From IMG/VR virus record IMGVR_UViG_3300030329_006476, positions 39,800-103,799 of that record: a DNA stretch of 64,000 nt. One strand, 5' to 3'. Each line of letters opens with the position of its first letter. The first letter of the stretch is position 1. The notes below the pieces were generated by a model that saw nothing but the letters and a program-made list of their open reading frames with translations, made no database searches and was not told where the DNA came from. Made by a program: the position numbers and the translations under genes. This DNA is from a virus. Below are positions 37,065 through 47,487 of this stretch, piece after piece.

Positions 37065-37565
37065 TCAAGAATTTCTTTCATCTTTATTCCAGATTAAATG
37101 CCTACAATTCACAAGCGCATCTTTCACTTTGATTTGAAAAATAGCCTCCTTAGTGTCTTTGCGCCGAAATAGGCGATAGGAAGCCCCCCAACTATTTTTT
37201 ACAAAAGGGAGATCCCAGCGGGCGAGATTTTCTTTTTCTATCCAATTCCTTAAATCTTTTTTATGGATAAGGGCAAAGTCTCCTTTTCTCTCGTAAGCTA
37301 CATAAGTAAACTTCTTATAGAGCCACCCCGGGCGTCCCTCTTTCGTCTGAAGCTCGACCCATCCCCATAAATGCTTGCGCTTTTTACTTTTTTTAAGAAG
37401 TGTATTCTTGAGGGTGAGGGCCGCAGCTTTCTGAGGAAACCCGACAGGCCAAATCACTAAATCTATGTCTTCCTGACGTTCCTGAGGGGTAGAACGCCTA
37501 AAGTCGAACCCCGCTAAGCGCACAGCATCCTGAAGAAGTGTAAAAGATTTCTTAGCGGCACCCAT
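37065..37565 (-). CDS. PD-(D/E)XK-fold phage protein (possibly degenerate)
   Basis: EDIDLV...TLK...WVELQTKEGRPGWLY; start moved to ATG 37565. Confidence 0.5.
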   Translation of the reverse strand: MGAAKKSFTLLQDAVRLAGFDFRRSTPQERQEDIDLVIWPVGFPQKAAALTLKNTLLKKSKKRKHLWGWVELQTKEGRPGWLYKKFTYVAYERKGDFALIHKKDLRNWIEKENLARWDLPFVKNSWGASYRLFRRKDTKEAIFQIKVKDALVNCRHLIWNKDERNS

Positions 37566-37578
37566 GCGTAAGAAGAGG

Positions 37579-37836
37579 TTAGCGAATTTTGTGAGGAGTT
37601 TCGCTCCCAACCACACTCACCTTGAAAATGTCTGGGTCATTCCACTTTTTCAACATTTTTCGTAAAGTTTCGGCCCGACGCTCAGCTTCTCGCAAGGAAA
37701 CGTAATTCCTTTCTTCAATACGGCGCCCGGCACGCGTGACCACATAAAAATATAAGGATTTGCTCATTACTCGACGCTCCAAGTAGCTAACTCTTCTGAA
37801 ACTAATTGCGCTCCGACCGATTTCCATCCGGTCCAC
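37579..37836 (-). CDS. hypothetical protein
   Basis: FYVVTRAGRRIEERNY; likely start at MSKSLY. Confidence 0.55.
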   Translation of the reverse strand: MDRMEIGRSAISFRRVSYLERRVMSKSLYFYVVTRAGRRIEERNYVSLREAERRAETLRKMLKKWNDPDIFKVSVVGSETPHKIR

Positions 37837-38195
37837 GGCTTTTGGCCGGCTTGGTAATTGTAAAGATCTTGAGCGTAAACATATTTTACTTCCCCTATGA
37901 CGACACCTCCCCCAACAGGATCGTCAGGATGTAAAGGAGAAAGAATGAGCCCGTGAGGCTGAGAGGCCCCATGCCTTAAGATTTCTCGCAAACGCTTTTT
38001 GGCTTTACGCCCTTTCTCTCTCATTTTTTCACGCTCTTCCTTCCCGGAAATAGACCAATCAAAAACAGCAGAAGGAACATCAATTCCCGCAATCTTAATC
38101 AGCGCATTCAAACTTAATCCAAATCCGAGATTTATTACACCGAAAAAAGCATCCGAAGCCTTAATCTTTTTAAAAGATAATGGATATTCGAGCAT
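37767..38195 (-). CDS. hypothetical protein
   Basis: coupled ORF. Confidence 0.5.
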   Translation of the reverse strand: MLEYPLSFKKIKASDAFFGVINLGFGLSLNALIKIAGIDVPSAVFDWSISGKEEREKMREKGRKAKKRLREILRHGASQPHGLILSPLHPDDPVGGGVVIGEVKYVYAQDLYNYQAGQKPWTGWKSVGAQLVSEELATWSVE

Positions 38196-38593
38196 TAACG
38201 ATTGTACAAAGCGTTAAAAATAGATTTAGACTTAGCTCGCAAGCGCTGACTTTTCTCTTTTTCAGCCGTCGCACGGGCCGCAGCTTCCGCCTCAGCTCTT
38301 TGCTTTTCCTGTAGAGCCTCTGCAGCTTCCGTCTGCTCCTGAAGGGCTTCTTCTTTAAGGGCGGCATCCGCCGTCTCCTGTTCTTTGGTGCCCTTGGCAA
38401 CAATCAAAAACAGAATCCGCTGATCTTTATCTTGATCTACAATGTCTTGCGCATAATCTACTAAATCAAGCCATTGCGCTCGATCCACAGGACAATAATA
38501 ATCACTCTCCTTTACCTTTTCGGGTAAAGAGCTACTGGTAATAAGGGCGTATTCTAGGCTCAATTTTTCCTCCAAAATAAGGTGCAACGCCAT
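38195..38593 (-). CDS. hypothetical protein with Ala/Glu coiled-coil tail
   Basis: coupled ORF. Confidence 0.55.
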   Translation of the reverse strand: MALHLILEEKLSLEYALITSSSLPEKVKESDYYCPVDRAQWLDLVDYAQDIVDQDKDQRILFLIVAKGTKEQETADAALKEEALQEQTEAAEALQEKQRAEAEAAARATAEKEKSQRLRAKSKSIFNALYNR

Positions 38594-38811
38594 TGAGGCG
38601 GATTAACGCTCAAGCGCAAGGAAGAATGATTATAAACGGACGCGCCGGCCGGCACTCCACTTAAGGCATTTGCGTACGCAGCCGAAGAGCTCGGTCCCGA
38701 TCCATGCGCGGCGCCATAAACCGCCCGAACAGCATTGGGAGGCTCCAAGGTAAACCCGCCAGTGAGCGGTGCCGCTCCTGCAAAAAAAAGGAGGGAAGCC
38801 AACCATTTCAT
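38560..38811 (-). CDS. small secreted hypothetical protein
   Basis: MKWLASLLFFAGA signal peptide; start moved to 38811. Confidence 0.45.
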   Translation of the reverse strand: MKWLASLLFFAGAAPLTGGFTLEPPNAVRAVYGAAHGSGPSSSAAYANALSGVPAGASVYNHSSLRLSVNPPQWRCTLFWRKN

Positions 38812-38812
38812 G

Positions 38813-39115
38813 TTACTGAAGGACGTCGGGAATGTCACCATCACTAGAAGATGGGCTTTCGGGCGCCGGCTCCGCGCTCGGTGCAACATCTTCGCGAGGA
38901 CGGTCTTCAAAAATACGAAAATCAGGCTGATTGTCCTTCTCCTTGAACCGATTAGAGAATACGATAACCTGATAAGTCTTCTCTTCTCCAAATTCTCCGA
39001 TGGTTATCTTGCCTGAAAGATACTTTTGGCTCTTGCCTTCGCGTCGCCACAAGGCACCAATTTCTCGCTTTTTCCAGTCATCGCTCGCACTCTTTTGTTC
39101 AGTTGTATTACTCAT
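38813..39115 (-). CDS. DUF736-like ssDNA-binding protein
   Basis: EIGALW...YLSGKI...QPDFRI plus acidic tail; promoter TTGACA-17-GATAAT at 39126-39154. Confidence 0.7.
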   Translation of the reverse strand: MSNTTEQKSASDDWKKREIGALWRREGKSQKYLSGKITIGEFGEEKTYQVIVFSNRFKEKDNQPDFRIFEDRPREDVAPSAEPAPESPSSSDGDIPDVLQ

Positions 39116-39303
39116 AATAGGTCTAATTATCGTATATTTTTCTCAATTTGTCAAGGAAAATAGGTTTAGCGGCTGTGCTTAGGGAGGAATATTGTTTTTT
39201 TAAACGCTTGAAATGTTTTTTCAGCTCCGGCGTGTCAGAATTGTAACCGATTATTTTTTTTAATTCCTTTATGGAGCTTTGGTTCAAGTGTAATAGAAGG
39301 TAA

Positions 39304-39615
39304 GTGAAGATAATAATAGATGGCTCTCTGTCTGCGCCTCCGAGCTCAGTAACATGCTTCAGGGACGTCACCTTGTACGCTTCTTGCTTTTTGCGCGCCG
39401 ATATCTTGGTTGAATGCAGGAAGAGCAGCAAAGACTTGTATTACAAATGGTTGAAAACACATGGTGCGTATGATTTTATAGATGATATTATAAGAAGAGG
39501 TGAAGAATATGGCTATATAATAAGCCCCCACCGAGGAAATCTGAAATTGGATAGAATTACTGCAGAAAACCTAGGAAGAATCATCAGCTGCTTGCGGAGG
39601 AACGGGAGAGGCTGA
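39304..39615 (+). CDS. hypothetical protein, possibly HAD-like (rare plus-strand gene)
   Basis: GTG 11 nt after AGTGTA; IIIDG...WLKTHGAYDFIDDI. Confidence 0.55.
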   Translation: MKIIIDGSLSAPPSSVTCFRDVTLYASCFLRADILVECRKSSKDLYYKWLKTHGAYDFIDDIIRRGEEYGYIISPHRGNLKLDRITAENLGRIISCLRRNGRG

Positions 39616-39834
39616 AGACCCACCCTCAGGAGGAGCCGCAAATAAAAGCTGCAGCGTCCCAATGAGAGAGTGATACTTATCTATCTCCTCTAGTTTTTTA
39701 TGAATTTCCGCGCCAATATCCGAATGCTCGCCAATCGCCACCGGATTATCTAGATAGATGTTCAGGTCGGCTTTAGTCTCTTCGAGACGTCCGAGATATT
39801 GTTTATAAATAGCAGATATATATTCTTCTCTCAT
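39571..39834 (-). CDS. conserved phage protein
   Basis: IYLDNPVAIGEHSDI motif. Confidence 0.75.
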   Translation of the reverse strand: MREEYISAIYKQYLGRLEETKADLNIYLDNPVAIGEHSDIGAEIHKKLEEIDKYHSLIGTLQLLFAAPPEGGSSASPVPPQAADDSS

Positions 39835-40082
39835 ATGGCTAAGTGTGTGTCAATCGCTTCTTCCAGAAAATCATTATGCTCCCCAATTAAGGTAGGGCCA
39901 TAACGATCTTTAATCACATTATAAAAATTAGCTTCCACAATTACAATCTTACTAGCTTTAGTATATACTTCTTCGCCGTATTTTTCAATAAAATTTTCTC
40001 TTAAACCGTTAAGTACTTCATCCGCCGGTTGCGAAAGCGCGAATTCGAAGTCAAGCGTGGAGCTGGAAAGAAGGATTAACAT
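39831..40082 (-). CDS. hypothetical protein
   Basis: coupled ORF. Confidence 0.55.
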   Translation of the reverse strand: MLILLSSSTLDFEFALSQPADEVLNGLRENFIEKYGEEVYTKASKIVIVEANFYNVIKDRYGPTLIGEHNDFLEEAIDTHLAI

Positions 40083-40220
40083 TGAGAATTATTAGCGTGA
40101 GATTCGAGCGCCTTGAATAAAATATATACCGCAGCAGAGAAAAGGACAAATCCCCAAACGGCACTATTAAAGCGGGTAAGCTCAATCAAAAACCCAAAAT
40201 ATAACACAGGCAAAAGTATC

Positions 40221-40763
40221 TTAAGCACGGAATTCCTTTCTCAACAATCTCCATCTATCTGAGTCAATCTCTTTATCTCCATTATCTATAGCATAGAGCA
40301 TATTGACTACTTCGTCAAGAGAATTATAAATATATTTATGCGGAAGCATTCCCAGCATCCAGAGGGGGGTCTTTGATTTTCCCCCTTCCATGCTAATGAA
40401 AATAGGCTTTTTCATGCGCACTGCGGTTACAATTTCTTCGGCTGAACCCCAGCTGGCAACATCCGGAACTAGGTGAGCGATTATAAAATCACTACGGTCC
40501 ACTAGGTTTAAGTCGTAAGATCTCACCGTTTTCATTCTTTCAGTAACCCTATCATACTGCTTTGTCTTCATCCACGTTTCCATTTCTTGTCGGGATGCCT
40601 CGTCTTCTTCGACGTCTTTCATGAATGGCTTTTTGTAAGGGTCGAAGCACGTGATGTTTAACTTCAACAGTTTCTCGGTTACCTCTTGGCGCCAATCTCT
40701 GCCACTAAGGTATTGCATATGCCCAACGAGATAGGTTTTCGTTTTATACAGCAAGTTATTCAT
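40221..40763 (-). CDS. nucleoside 2-deoxyribosyltransferase / N-glycosidase-like protein
   Basis: TYLVGHM, DWRQ, FDP, DLNLVDRSD, SWGSAEE...KPI; start moved to below promoter TTGACA-17-TATTGT (40774-40802). Confidence 0.75.
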   Translation of the reverse strand: MNNLLYKTKTYLVGHMQYLSGRDWRQEVTEKLLKLNITCFDPYKKPFMKDVEEDEASRQEMETWMKTKQYDRVTERMKTVRSYDLNLVDRSDFIIAHLVPDVASWGSAEEIVTAVRMKKPIFISMEGGKSKTPLWMLGMLPHKYIYNSLDEVVNMLYAIDNGDKEIDSDRWRLLRKEFRA

Positions 40764-40807
40764 GATGCCTACAACAATACCAAAAAAGAGCGGTAATGTC
40801 AAGAAAA

Positions 40808-43273
40808 TTATTTGAAGACGGCAGAAACTTGAATCTCTCCCGCACTCTCTTTGGCTATAATTCGTTTAAGAGAAGCGGGCGCGTGATGCAGCAGTAAAGA
40901 GGCGCAAGGGTTAGTCAGGTGCGATTCGATAAGAGATTGAATAGGACGGGCGCCATCATTGGCCTCGAGGGCTTTGGCCGTTAATAATTTGATGGCCGTT
41001 TTATAAACAGAGAGTTGGACGCCTTGGCTTTTTAGTTTAGATTTTAACTCTGTTAGTTGGAGATCAATAATTTCGGCAAAATCTTCTTCTGTGAAATTCT
41101 TAAAAATCACTAAATCATCTAGGCGGTTAAGAAATTCAGGAGCGAAATGAGACTTCAGTTCATCCGTGATTTTTTCCCGAATAGAATCCGGATCGTTTAA
41201 ATTAAGAGAGCCCATAAAGCCGACGCCCGCCTTGCCTTTGGTGAATTGAGAGCCTACATTTCCCGTTAAAAGGAGAACGCAATTTTTGAAGTTGATAAGG
41301 CGCCCCATATTATCGGTGATAGTTCCTTCGTCTAGGATCTGCAAGAGCATTTGTATGACATTGGCATGAGCTTTTTCAATCTCATCAAAAAGGATAACGC
41401 TATACGGCTTTTTGCGCACTGACTCCGTTAAATGACCCGATTGATCGTAGCCTACGTAGCCGGGGGCCGACCCAATAAGTTTTGAGCTAGTGAAGCTGTC
41501 CGAATATTCCACCATATTAATATTGATAAAATTATCTTTGTGGCCAAATAAAGCTTTGGCTAAAACCTTGGCTGTGTGAGTTTTTCCTACTCCCGACGAA
41601 CCCAAAAGCAAAAATGAACCAATCGGACGGTCTTCATTCTTGAGGCCTGCACCATTCCTTAGTAAGGATTTGCAAATTCGAGAAATGGCATCTTGTTGCC
41701 CTATAATTTTCTCCAAAAGTAAGGACTCCAACGCTAAAAAGGACTCTCTGGAATCCCGGGAAATTTGCTCCACCGGAACATCAATCTTATGAGCTATGAT
41801 ACTATAAATGTCCGACGGAGAAACGTGAAAGTCTTGGGCAGAATTTTCCTTACTCCACCGGTCTAAGATCTTTTTGTAGCGAGAAAAGAGGAGCTGCTGC
41901 TCCGTAGCTAAATGGGCTTTTGCCGCTATAGACGGGGCTTCATCTTCAGCTTCCATCAGCTCTTCTAGCTTTTGCTCGATTTCCTTAGCCTCGGTGGGAC
42001 GTTTGAAATTGGCAATCTTTACCTTTGAGCCAGCTTGATCCAGAATATCTATGGCTTTGTCCGGAAGGCGACGATCATGTATATATTTGGTAGAAAGATC
42101 AATGCATAAATCTAAAGTTTCTGGCTTATAAGAGACCTGATGAAAGGTTTCATAAGTGGGTAATATCCCTTCGAGTATCTGACGACATTCAGCTTTGGAG
42201 GGTTCGTCTATATAAAGGGATTGAAAACGACGCGCTAAGGCCCCATCTTTTTCAATATGTTTTTTGTACTCGCTCGAAGTGGTGGCGCCTATACACCTGA
42301 TTTCTCCCCGCGCCAGCATTGGTTTTAAGATGTTGGCGGCGTCCATAGTGCCTTCCGCGCTTCCAGCTCCCACCAGCGTATGAAGCTCATCTATAAAAAG
42401 AATAAGGTTGGGAAGCTCTTTAACCTCTTTTATGACATTCTTTAAGCGCTCCTCAAACTGACCCCGGTATTTGGTGCCGGCAATCATAGAAGCCAAATCC
42501 AGACCAAAAATGACATGACCCAACAAGTGATCAGAACAATCAGCGCGCACAATATGATTGGCCAAACCTTCAACGAGGGCAGTCTTTCCTATGCCCGGCT
42601 CACCCAGAAGAAGGGGGTTGTTTTTGCTTTTACGACAAAGGATTTCGGTTATTTCTGCAAGAGCTTCCTCCCGACAAATAACATCAGTAAATTTACCTTG
42701 CGTGGCCAATTCATTATAATTGATAGCAAAAGATTCAAGGGCACTGGGGGTACGCTGAGATTTCTTGGAGGGAGCGCTACGCTTATTGCTTGCAGATCTA
42801 ATCTGTTTTTCGGCATTAATGAGAGCTTCGGAAGACTCAAGCATTTGAGCTTTAAGAGCTAAAGAAAGAGCTTTGGGGTCAATGGCCGCCAAATCAAAAA
42901 TCTCAGAAACTTCAGAATCCTTGTAAGAAATTAAGGAAATTAAAACATGTTCCGTAGCTACATAGGGATGCTCCAGAACTTGAGCCTCATTATAAGCATT
43001 TGAAAGAACCTCTTTGACGTCAGGAGAAAAGCGAACTTCAGAAGGTTCGGTATCCATAAGTGAAAAATCAGACTCTACGAGCGCTCTAAAGGCATCTAAA
43101 TCATAGCCTGTTACATTAAAAATCTCGCGCAGTAATCCTCGACCTTGAGATAAAAGACCAAAAAGAAGATGCCGCAAGTCTATGGTCGAATGATTGTAAT
43201 CAAGCGCGCATTCTCGGGCTTTTTTAATGGCTTCTTGGGCTCGAGGAGTAAAGTTGGGAACAGCATCCATCAT
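40808..43273 (-). CDS. clpC: ClpC/ClpA-type ATP-dependent Clp protease ATP-binding subunit
   Basis: Clp-N repeats; GEPGIGKT and IDELH; GSSGVGKT and FDEIEKAH; VGF loop. Confidence 0.93.
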   Translation of the reverse strand: MMDAVPNFTPRAQEAIKKARECALDYNHSTIDLRHLLFGLLSQGRGLLREIFNVTGYDLDAFRALVESDFSLMDTEPSEVRFSPDVKEVLSNAYNEAQVLEHPYVATEHVLISLISYKDSEVSEIFDLAAIDPKALSLALKAQMLESSEALINAEKQIRSASNKRSAPSKKSQRTPSALESFAINYNELATQGKFTDVICREEALAEITEILCRKSKNNPLLLGEPGIGKTALVEGLANHIVRADCSDHLLGHVIFGLDLASMIAGTKYRGQFEERLKNVIKEVKELPNLILFIDELHTLVGAGSAEGTMDAANILKPMLARGEIRCIGATTSSEYKKHIEKDGALARRFQSLYIDEPSKAECRQILEGILPTYETFHQVSYKPETLDLCIDLSTKYIHDRRLPDKAIDILDQAGSKVKIANFKRPTEAKEIEQKLEELMEAEDEAPSIAAKAHLATEQQLLFSRYKKILDRWSKENSAQDFHVSPSDIYSIIAHKIDVPVEQISRDSRESFLALESLLLEKIIGQQDAISRICKSLLRNGAGLKNEDRPIGSFLLLGSSGVGKTHTAKVLAKALFGHKDNFININMVEYSDSFTSSKLIGSAPGYVGYDQSGHLTESVRKKPYSVILFDEIEKAHANVIQMLLQILDEGTITDNMGRLINFKNCVLLLTGNVGSQFTKGKAGVGFMGSLNLNDPDSIREKITDELKSHFAPEFLNRLDDLVIFKNFTEEDFAEIIDLQLTELKSKLKSQGVQLSVYKTAIKLLTAKALEANDGARPIQSLIESHLTNPCASLLLHHAPASLKRIIAKESAGEIQVSAVFK

Positions 43274-43283
43274 TATATTTACA

Positions 43284-45875
43284 CTAGGCAGCCTTAAGGT
43301 CGCTCAGCTTCATGTAGATTTTTTCATTCATTAGGGCGCAATCTTGAGCAAAGAGAATCTCATCCCCCTTGCTGCCATAACATACTATAATACTATCTTT
43401 AGAGATCCCCGCAGGGTTTTTCTCAAGAAAATTAGTAAGCGAATTAATCCGGCGCCACCGGCCATTCTCCATCCGCGCATTACGATCCATAAGCATCACC
43501 GCATATTCTCCCACCTCATCCCTTAATATAAGCTTTAAATAGTTATTGCCGTTCCGACTTGTTCCTTTAAAGAAATCCGCAACCACCCCAATAAACCTAC
43601 CATATCTCTCCCGCTCTAAATGACGAAAGTCCAGAGAGTCTAAAAACTTTTCTCCACTCTCGTTAAAAACTTCTTTAAGGGAAATGGTGGGACTATAGCC
43701 GAGAAGCTTATTTTCGAAATACCAATTAGCGAACTTTTCATATTTCTTATTTTTTAAATAAATCTCCTTATAGGGAAGGTATTTCTTTTTGAAAGTTTCG
43801 AATCTGCTTTCCTTCATTACTGGACGGCCATCATCGCCGACTAGAGACTCGGTTACAACGGCTTGAATGGTATTCAGGACATCCCATTCATATTTGGGTC
43901 CAAGCGCCTCAAAATTACGCTTCTCCCTATCGGTCAACAGGTTGAATGCCTGTGCCTCCAGCACTAAGCGAGCTCGTTTGGACGTGTAGCCGGTTAGGGC
44001 GCCAGCTTGAATCAAAGCCGAGAGAATGCCGATGTTGAGCCCCGCTTCCTTCGCTGATAAAAAGATGTCGTATTTGGTAGGATTCGAGCTTTTGCGAAAA
44101 TCATGAAGCGCTTTTAAGGATTTTTCACTCACCCCTTTAATACTATTCAGGCCAAAGCGAATATCCCCATCTTCAAGGCGAAAATCCATGCTCGATTTTG
44201 CTAGGTCAGGGGGTAACAAATCGATCCCAAAGAACGAGAGCTCTTGACAAATCTTGCTTATCTCTTCATGGGGGGCGGGCTCGTACTTCGCCATTCGGAG
44301 CAGAGCCATAAAAAAGTTCTGCGGGTAGGTAAATTTTAGATAGGCCGTCCACGCAGCTAAGTTTGCATAAGCCACGCTATGAGATTTATTGAAAGAATAA
44401 TTGGCGCTGTCTTCGGCCACCCTCCATAAAATCTCACCTACCTCCGAATCGAGACTATGCTCTTTTACTTTGGCCTCTATCTTGGCTTGCCAAGCGGGCA
44501 TTTGATCCACCTTTTTCTTTCCTACAATACGCCTTAACTGTTCAGCTTCATCTAGGGTAAAACCAATTTTAACAGCCATCTTCATCAGTTGCTCTTGATA
44601 AAGGGGAATGCCGCCAGTATAAGAGAGTACCTCGTCATATAATTCATGCTGACTTTGGAATTCGCCGGTCTGGGAATATGTAGTATACTGATCCAAAAAC
44701 TCAAGAGCTCCCGGACGAGCGATAGCTACCACGGCACTTAACTCCTCAAGATTTTTAGGCTTGATCTTTTTGCAAACATTGAAATTAGTATGAGCCTCTA
44801 TCTGAAAGAGCCCTTGAGGATGTTCCAGCTTGCGAAAATTCTTATAGATGGAGGGGTCATTGGGGTCCACCGAAGAAATATCAAGATCTAGTTGAGTGCA
44901 CACATCATAAATGACACTCAGGGTGCGTAATCCCAAAATATCGAACTTGACCATCAGCTCGGCCACCCAATTCATGTCATAGCCCGTAACGAGAGACCCA
45001 TCATTGGTAAGTTGAACAGGGCAAATATCTTCTAACTTCTGATAAGAAATAGCAATTCCGGAAGGGTGAACCCCTGTATTCTTATGAAGGCCTTCAAGCC
45101 GTCGCGCAATGATAAAAACTTCCTTATTGGAATTGGCCCAATCCTCAAACGCCGGGGTCGTTTCGTACGCAGTTAAGAGAGGAGCAACCTTTCCGAAATG
45201 TTTGGGGATGAGATCGCTGACTATATTTACCTCTTGCTCGGAGTAATTCCCGACAATTTTACCACATTCCTTAATACATAGCTTACCGCTTAAGGTGTTC
45301 AGGGTTAAGATCTTGGCAGTTCGCCCCGGATACTTCGATTCAATGTATTCTATGACCTCCTGACGCCTTTCGTAGCTAATGTCATTGTCTACATCGGCCA
45401 ACAGTGTTCCATCCAGATAGGTCACCCCATCTTTCTCTATCTTTTTCGCGCGACTCTTGCTAACGAATCTCTCAAAGAATAAATCGTACTTAACAGGATC
45501 GACTTTTGTAACATTAATAAGATAAAGAACGAGAGAACCGGCCGCAGAACCACGGCCCGGACCGGTAGGAATATCATTAACATGGCAATAATTAAGAATA
45601 TCCCAATTGAGTAAAATGTAATCGATAAAACCCAATTCATTAAGGATTTCCATCTCCATTTCGACGCGATCAAGGTACTCCTCTTTGTTTTCGAGTTCAT
45701 TAATGCCAAGCCTTTCGATACCTTGAGAGCATAATTCTCTCAAGAATTCATAGTTTGAACAATTGCTATCGATGCCCAGTTCTTTGTAGTAGCGAGACTC
45801 AATTTTAATCTCGGGCAACCGCACCCCCGGAGGGGTAATGTCATCATAGCGGGAAAAATCATCATAAAAACTCAT
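43284..45875 (-). CDS. dnaE: DNA polymerase III alpha catalytic part (lacks PHP domain)
   Basis: GPGRGSAAGSLV, FERF, DVDND, HPSG, KFDILGL, YQEQ, YSFNKSH. Confidence 0.95.
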   Translation of the reverse strand: MSFYDDFSRYDDITPPGVRLPEIKIESRYYKELGIDSNCSNYEFLRELCSQGIERLGINELENKEEYLDRVEMEMEILNELGFIDYILLNWDILNYCHVNDIPTGPGRGSAAGSLVLYLINVTKVDPVKYDLFFERFVSKSRAKKIEKDGVTYLDGTLLADVDNDISYERRQEVIEYIESKYPGRTAKILTLNTLSGKLCIKECGKIVGNYSEQEVNIVSDLIPKHFGKVAPLLTAYETTPAFEDWANSNKEVFIIARRLEGLHKNTGVHPSGIAISYQKLEDICPVQLTNDGSLVTGYDMNWVAELMVKFDILGLRTLSVIYDVCTQLDLDISSVDPNDPSIYKNFRKLEHPQGLFQIEAHTNFNVCKKIKPKNLEELSAVVAIARPGALEFLDQYTTYSQTGEFQSQHELYDEVLSYTGGIPLYQEQLMKMAVKIGFTLDEAEQLRRIVGKKKVDQMPAWQAKIEAKVKEHSLDSEVGEILWRVAEDSANYSFNKSHSVAYANLAAWTAYLKFTYPQNFFMALLRMAKYEPAPHEEISKICQELSFFGIDLLPPDLAKSSMDFRLEDGDIRFGLNSIKGVSEKSLKALHDFRKSSNPTKYDIFLSAKEAGLNIGILSALIQAGALTGYTSKRARLVLEAQAFNLLTDREKRNFEALGPKYEWDVLNTIQAVVTESLVGDDGRPVMKESRFETFKKKYLPYKEIYLKNKKYEKFANWYFENKLLGYSPTISLKEVFNESGEKFLDSLDFRHLERERYGRFIGVVADFFKGTSRNGNNYLKLILRDEVGEYAVMLMDRNARMENGRWRRINSLTNFLEKNPAGISKDSIIVCYGSKGDEILFAQDCALMNEKIYMKLSDLKAA

Positions 45876-46513
45876 ATTTCTAAATTCCAGATCAACTTTT
45901 TAAAAACTTCGTAGTTCTTCCGAATGTCATAAAGGGCATCGTGAAGGCGCTTTGGGTCAAAAGGTATCTCATATTGCTTGCAGAGGTCAATAAGCTTATT
46001 ACGCCCCTTCGCTTTGCGCAAGGAAAGCATTTTATACTGCCAATGGAGTAGGTCATCTCCCGCATTAACTTCGATTCCATTATTAATAGCCCGAGCAAGG
46101 CATAGGGTGTCGAGAAAAGTAGGCAGGTATCTGTAATCCGGAGATTGCCCAAGGAGTCGCCGGCAAATACCATGCATGTAAACATCAAAACCAAGGATAT
46201 TGTGCCCCACCTTAAGGTAAGAATCATCGTAAAGATACCTTTCGAAATGAGCCAGAGGCTGCTTGGGATCCACCGCCTTGTTATTATACTTCTCTCGTGT
46301 CCATCCGGTTACCTTGGCGGCCCCCTGAGAAACATTCAGGCCTTCCCATTTGAGCCAATAATCTTTCTCCTCGGCCACCTTCCCGTCTTCCACGGTGATA
46401 AAGGCAAGCTGCCAAGGCTTGTTGCGTAAGGAGCCCAAGTTGAGACCACAGGTCTCAAAATCAAAAAAAACATACTTTTGATCTTGTTTAAAGCGTAGGA
46501 GCTCCGTCTTCAT
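45872..46513 (-). CDS. DEDDh 3'-5' exonuclease (DnaQ-like)
   Basis: FDFETCG, GHNILGFD, HDALYD. Confidence 0.9.
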   Translation of the reverse strand: MKTELLRFKQDQKYVFFDFETCGLNLGSLRNKPWQLAFITVEDGKVAEEKDYWLKWEGLNVSQGAAKVTGWTREKYNNKAVDPKQPLAHFERYLYDDSYLKVGHNILGFDVYMHGICRRLLGQSPDYRYLPTFLDTLCLARAINNGIEVNAGDDLLHWQYKMLSLRKAKGRNKLIDLCKQYEIPFDPKRLHDALYDIRKNYEVFKKLIWNLEI

Positions 46514-47487
46514 ACCTCAATATACCTTACGTTTTTAAAAGCCGCTACATTAGTCCCCCCAGCATAACTTATAGCACTCTGAAGATCTTCCGTAATCTCC
46601 TTTAGCTTGGTATCGAGGTTCATCCCGCAAGAAGGGACGTTTTTAAGCTTCCCTTCGATGTGGGTTGCAGTCTTTTTATTTTCAAAACTTGCGGATCCAT
46701 AATAAGCCTTATGCAGAACACCATTGATTTCAATAGAAGCAGAAGGGCTATCAGAACAACAAGCAAAAAGACCGCCAGCCATAACCAAATCCGCTCCAGC
46801 CACCAAAGCCTTGGCGATATCTCCATTTGAACGAATCCCTCCATCAGCAATGATGGGTATCCGTTCGTTTGCATCAAAATCAACCCTAGACGCATAACAG
46901 TCGCCACATTTTTTTATTGAGGTAAACATTGGCATGGTGAAACCCGTTTTGTCTTTCGTGGTGCAAGGGCTCCCTTGTCCAATCCCCACTTTAACATAAT
47001 CCGCACCCCATGCATAAAGGGCTACTACCGCATCAGGAGTAGCTACATTGCCCGCTATGATACAGACCTCCGGGCCAAGGTTCTCGCGCACATATCTAAG
47101 CATATCACGCATTAACTCACAATATCCATGGGCAATATCCAATGTAATAATGTCTACACGGGCGCCGGACGCTCTCAGGGAATCAACGATATCCTTGTCC
47201 CCCTTTTTGACGCCTAAGCTGATGGAGATCGTTTTCCAATTGTTTCGATTTGCATTGTCGATAAAAGATTCAATGTCAACATCAAAACGATGCATCGAGT
47301 AAAGGTAATCATTCTGGCTCAACCATTCGCACTGACGGTCCGAAACCACGGACTTCATGTTTGCGGGCATAACCGGGAGCTTATAGCGACGTCCCTTTAC
47401 GACCACAGAGGTATCGCACTCAGCGCGACTGTTGCAAACCCCGAATTCGGGAATAAGGCAAATGTCAGAATATTTAAGACCTTTCAT
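46510..47487 (-). CDS. guaC: GMP reductase
   Basis: PVMPANM, DIAHG, GNVAT, KVGIGQGSPCTTK, ADGGIR, DLQSAISYAG; start moved to ATG 47487. Confidence 0.9.
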   Translation of the reverse strand: MKGLKYSDICLIPEFGVCNSRAECDTSVVVKGRRYKLPVMPANMKSVVSDRQCEWLSQNDYLYSMHRFDVDIESFIDNANRNNWKTISISLGVKKGDKDIVDSLRASGARVDIITLDIAHGYCELMRDMLRYVRENLGPEVCIIAGNVATPDAVVALYAWGADYVKVGIGQGSPCTTKDKTGFTMPMFTSIKKCGDCYASRVDFDANERIPIIADGGIRSNGDIAKALVAGADLVMAGGLFACCSDSPSASIEINGVLHKAYYGSASFENKKTATHIEGKLKNVPSCGMNLDTKLKEITEDLQSAISYAGGTNVAAFKNVRYIEV

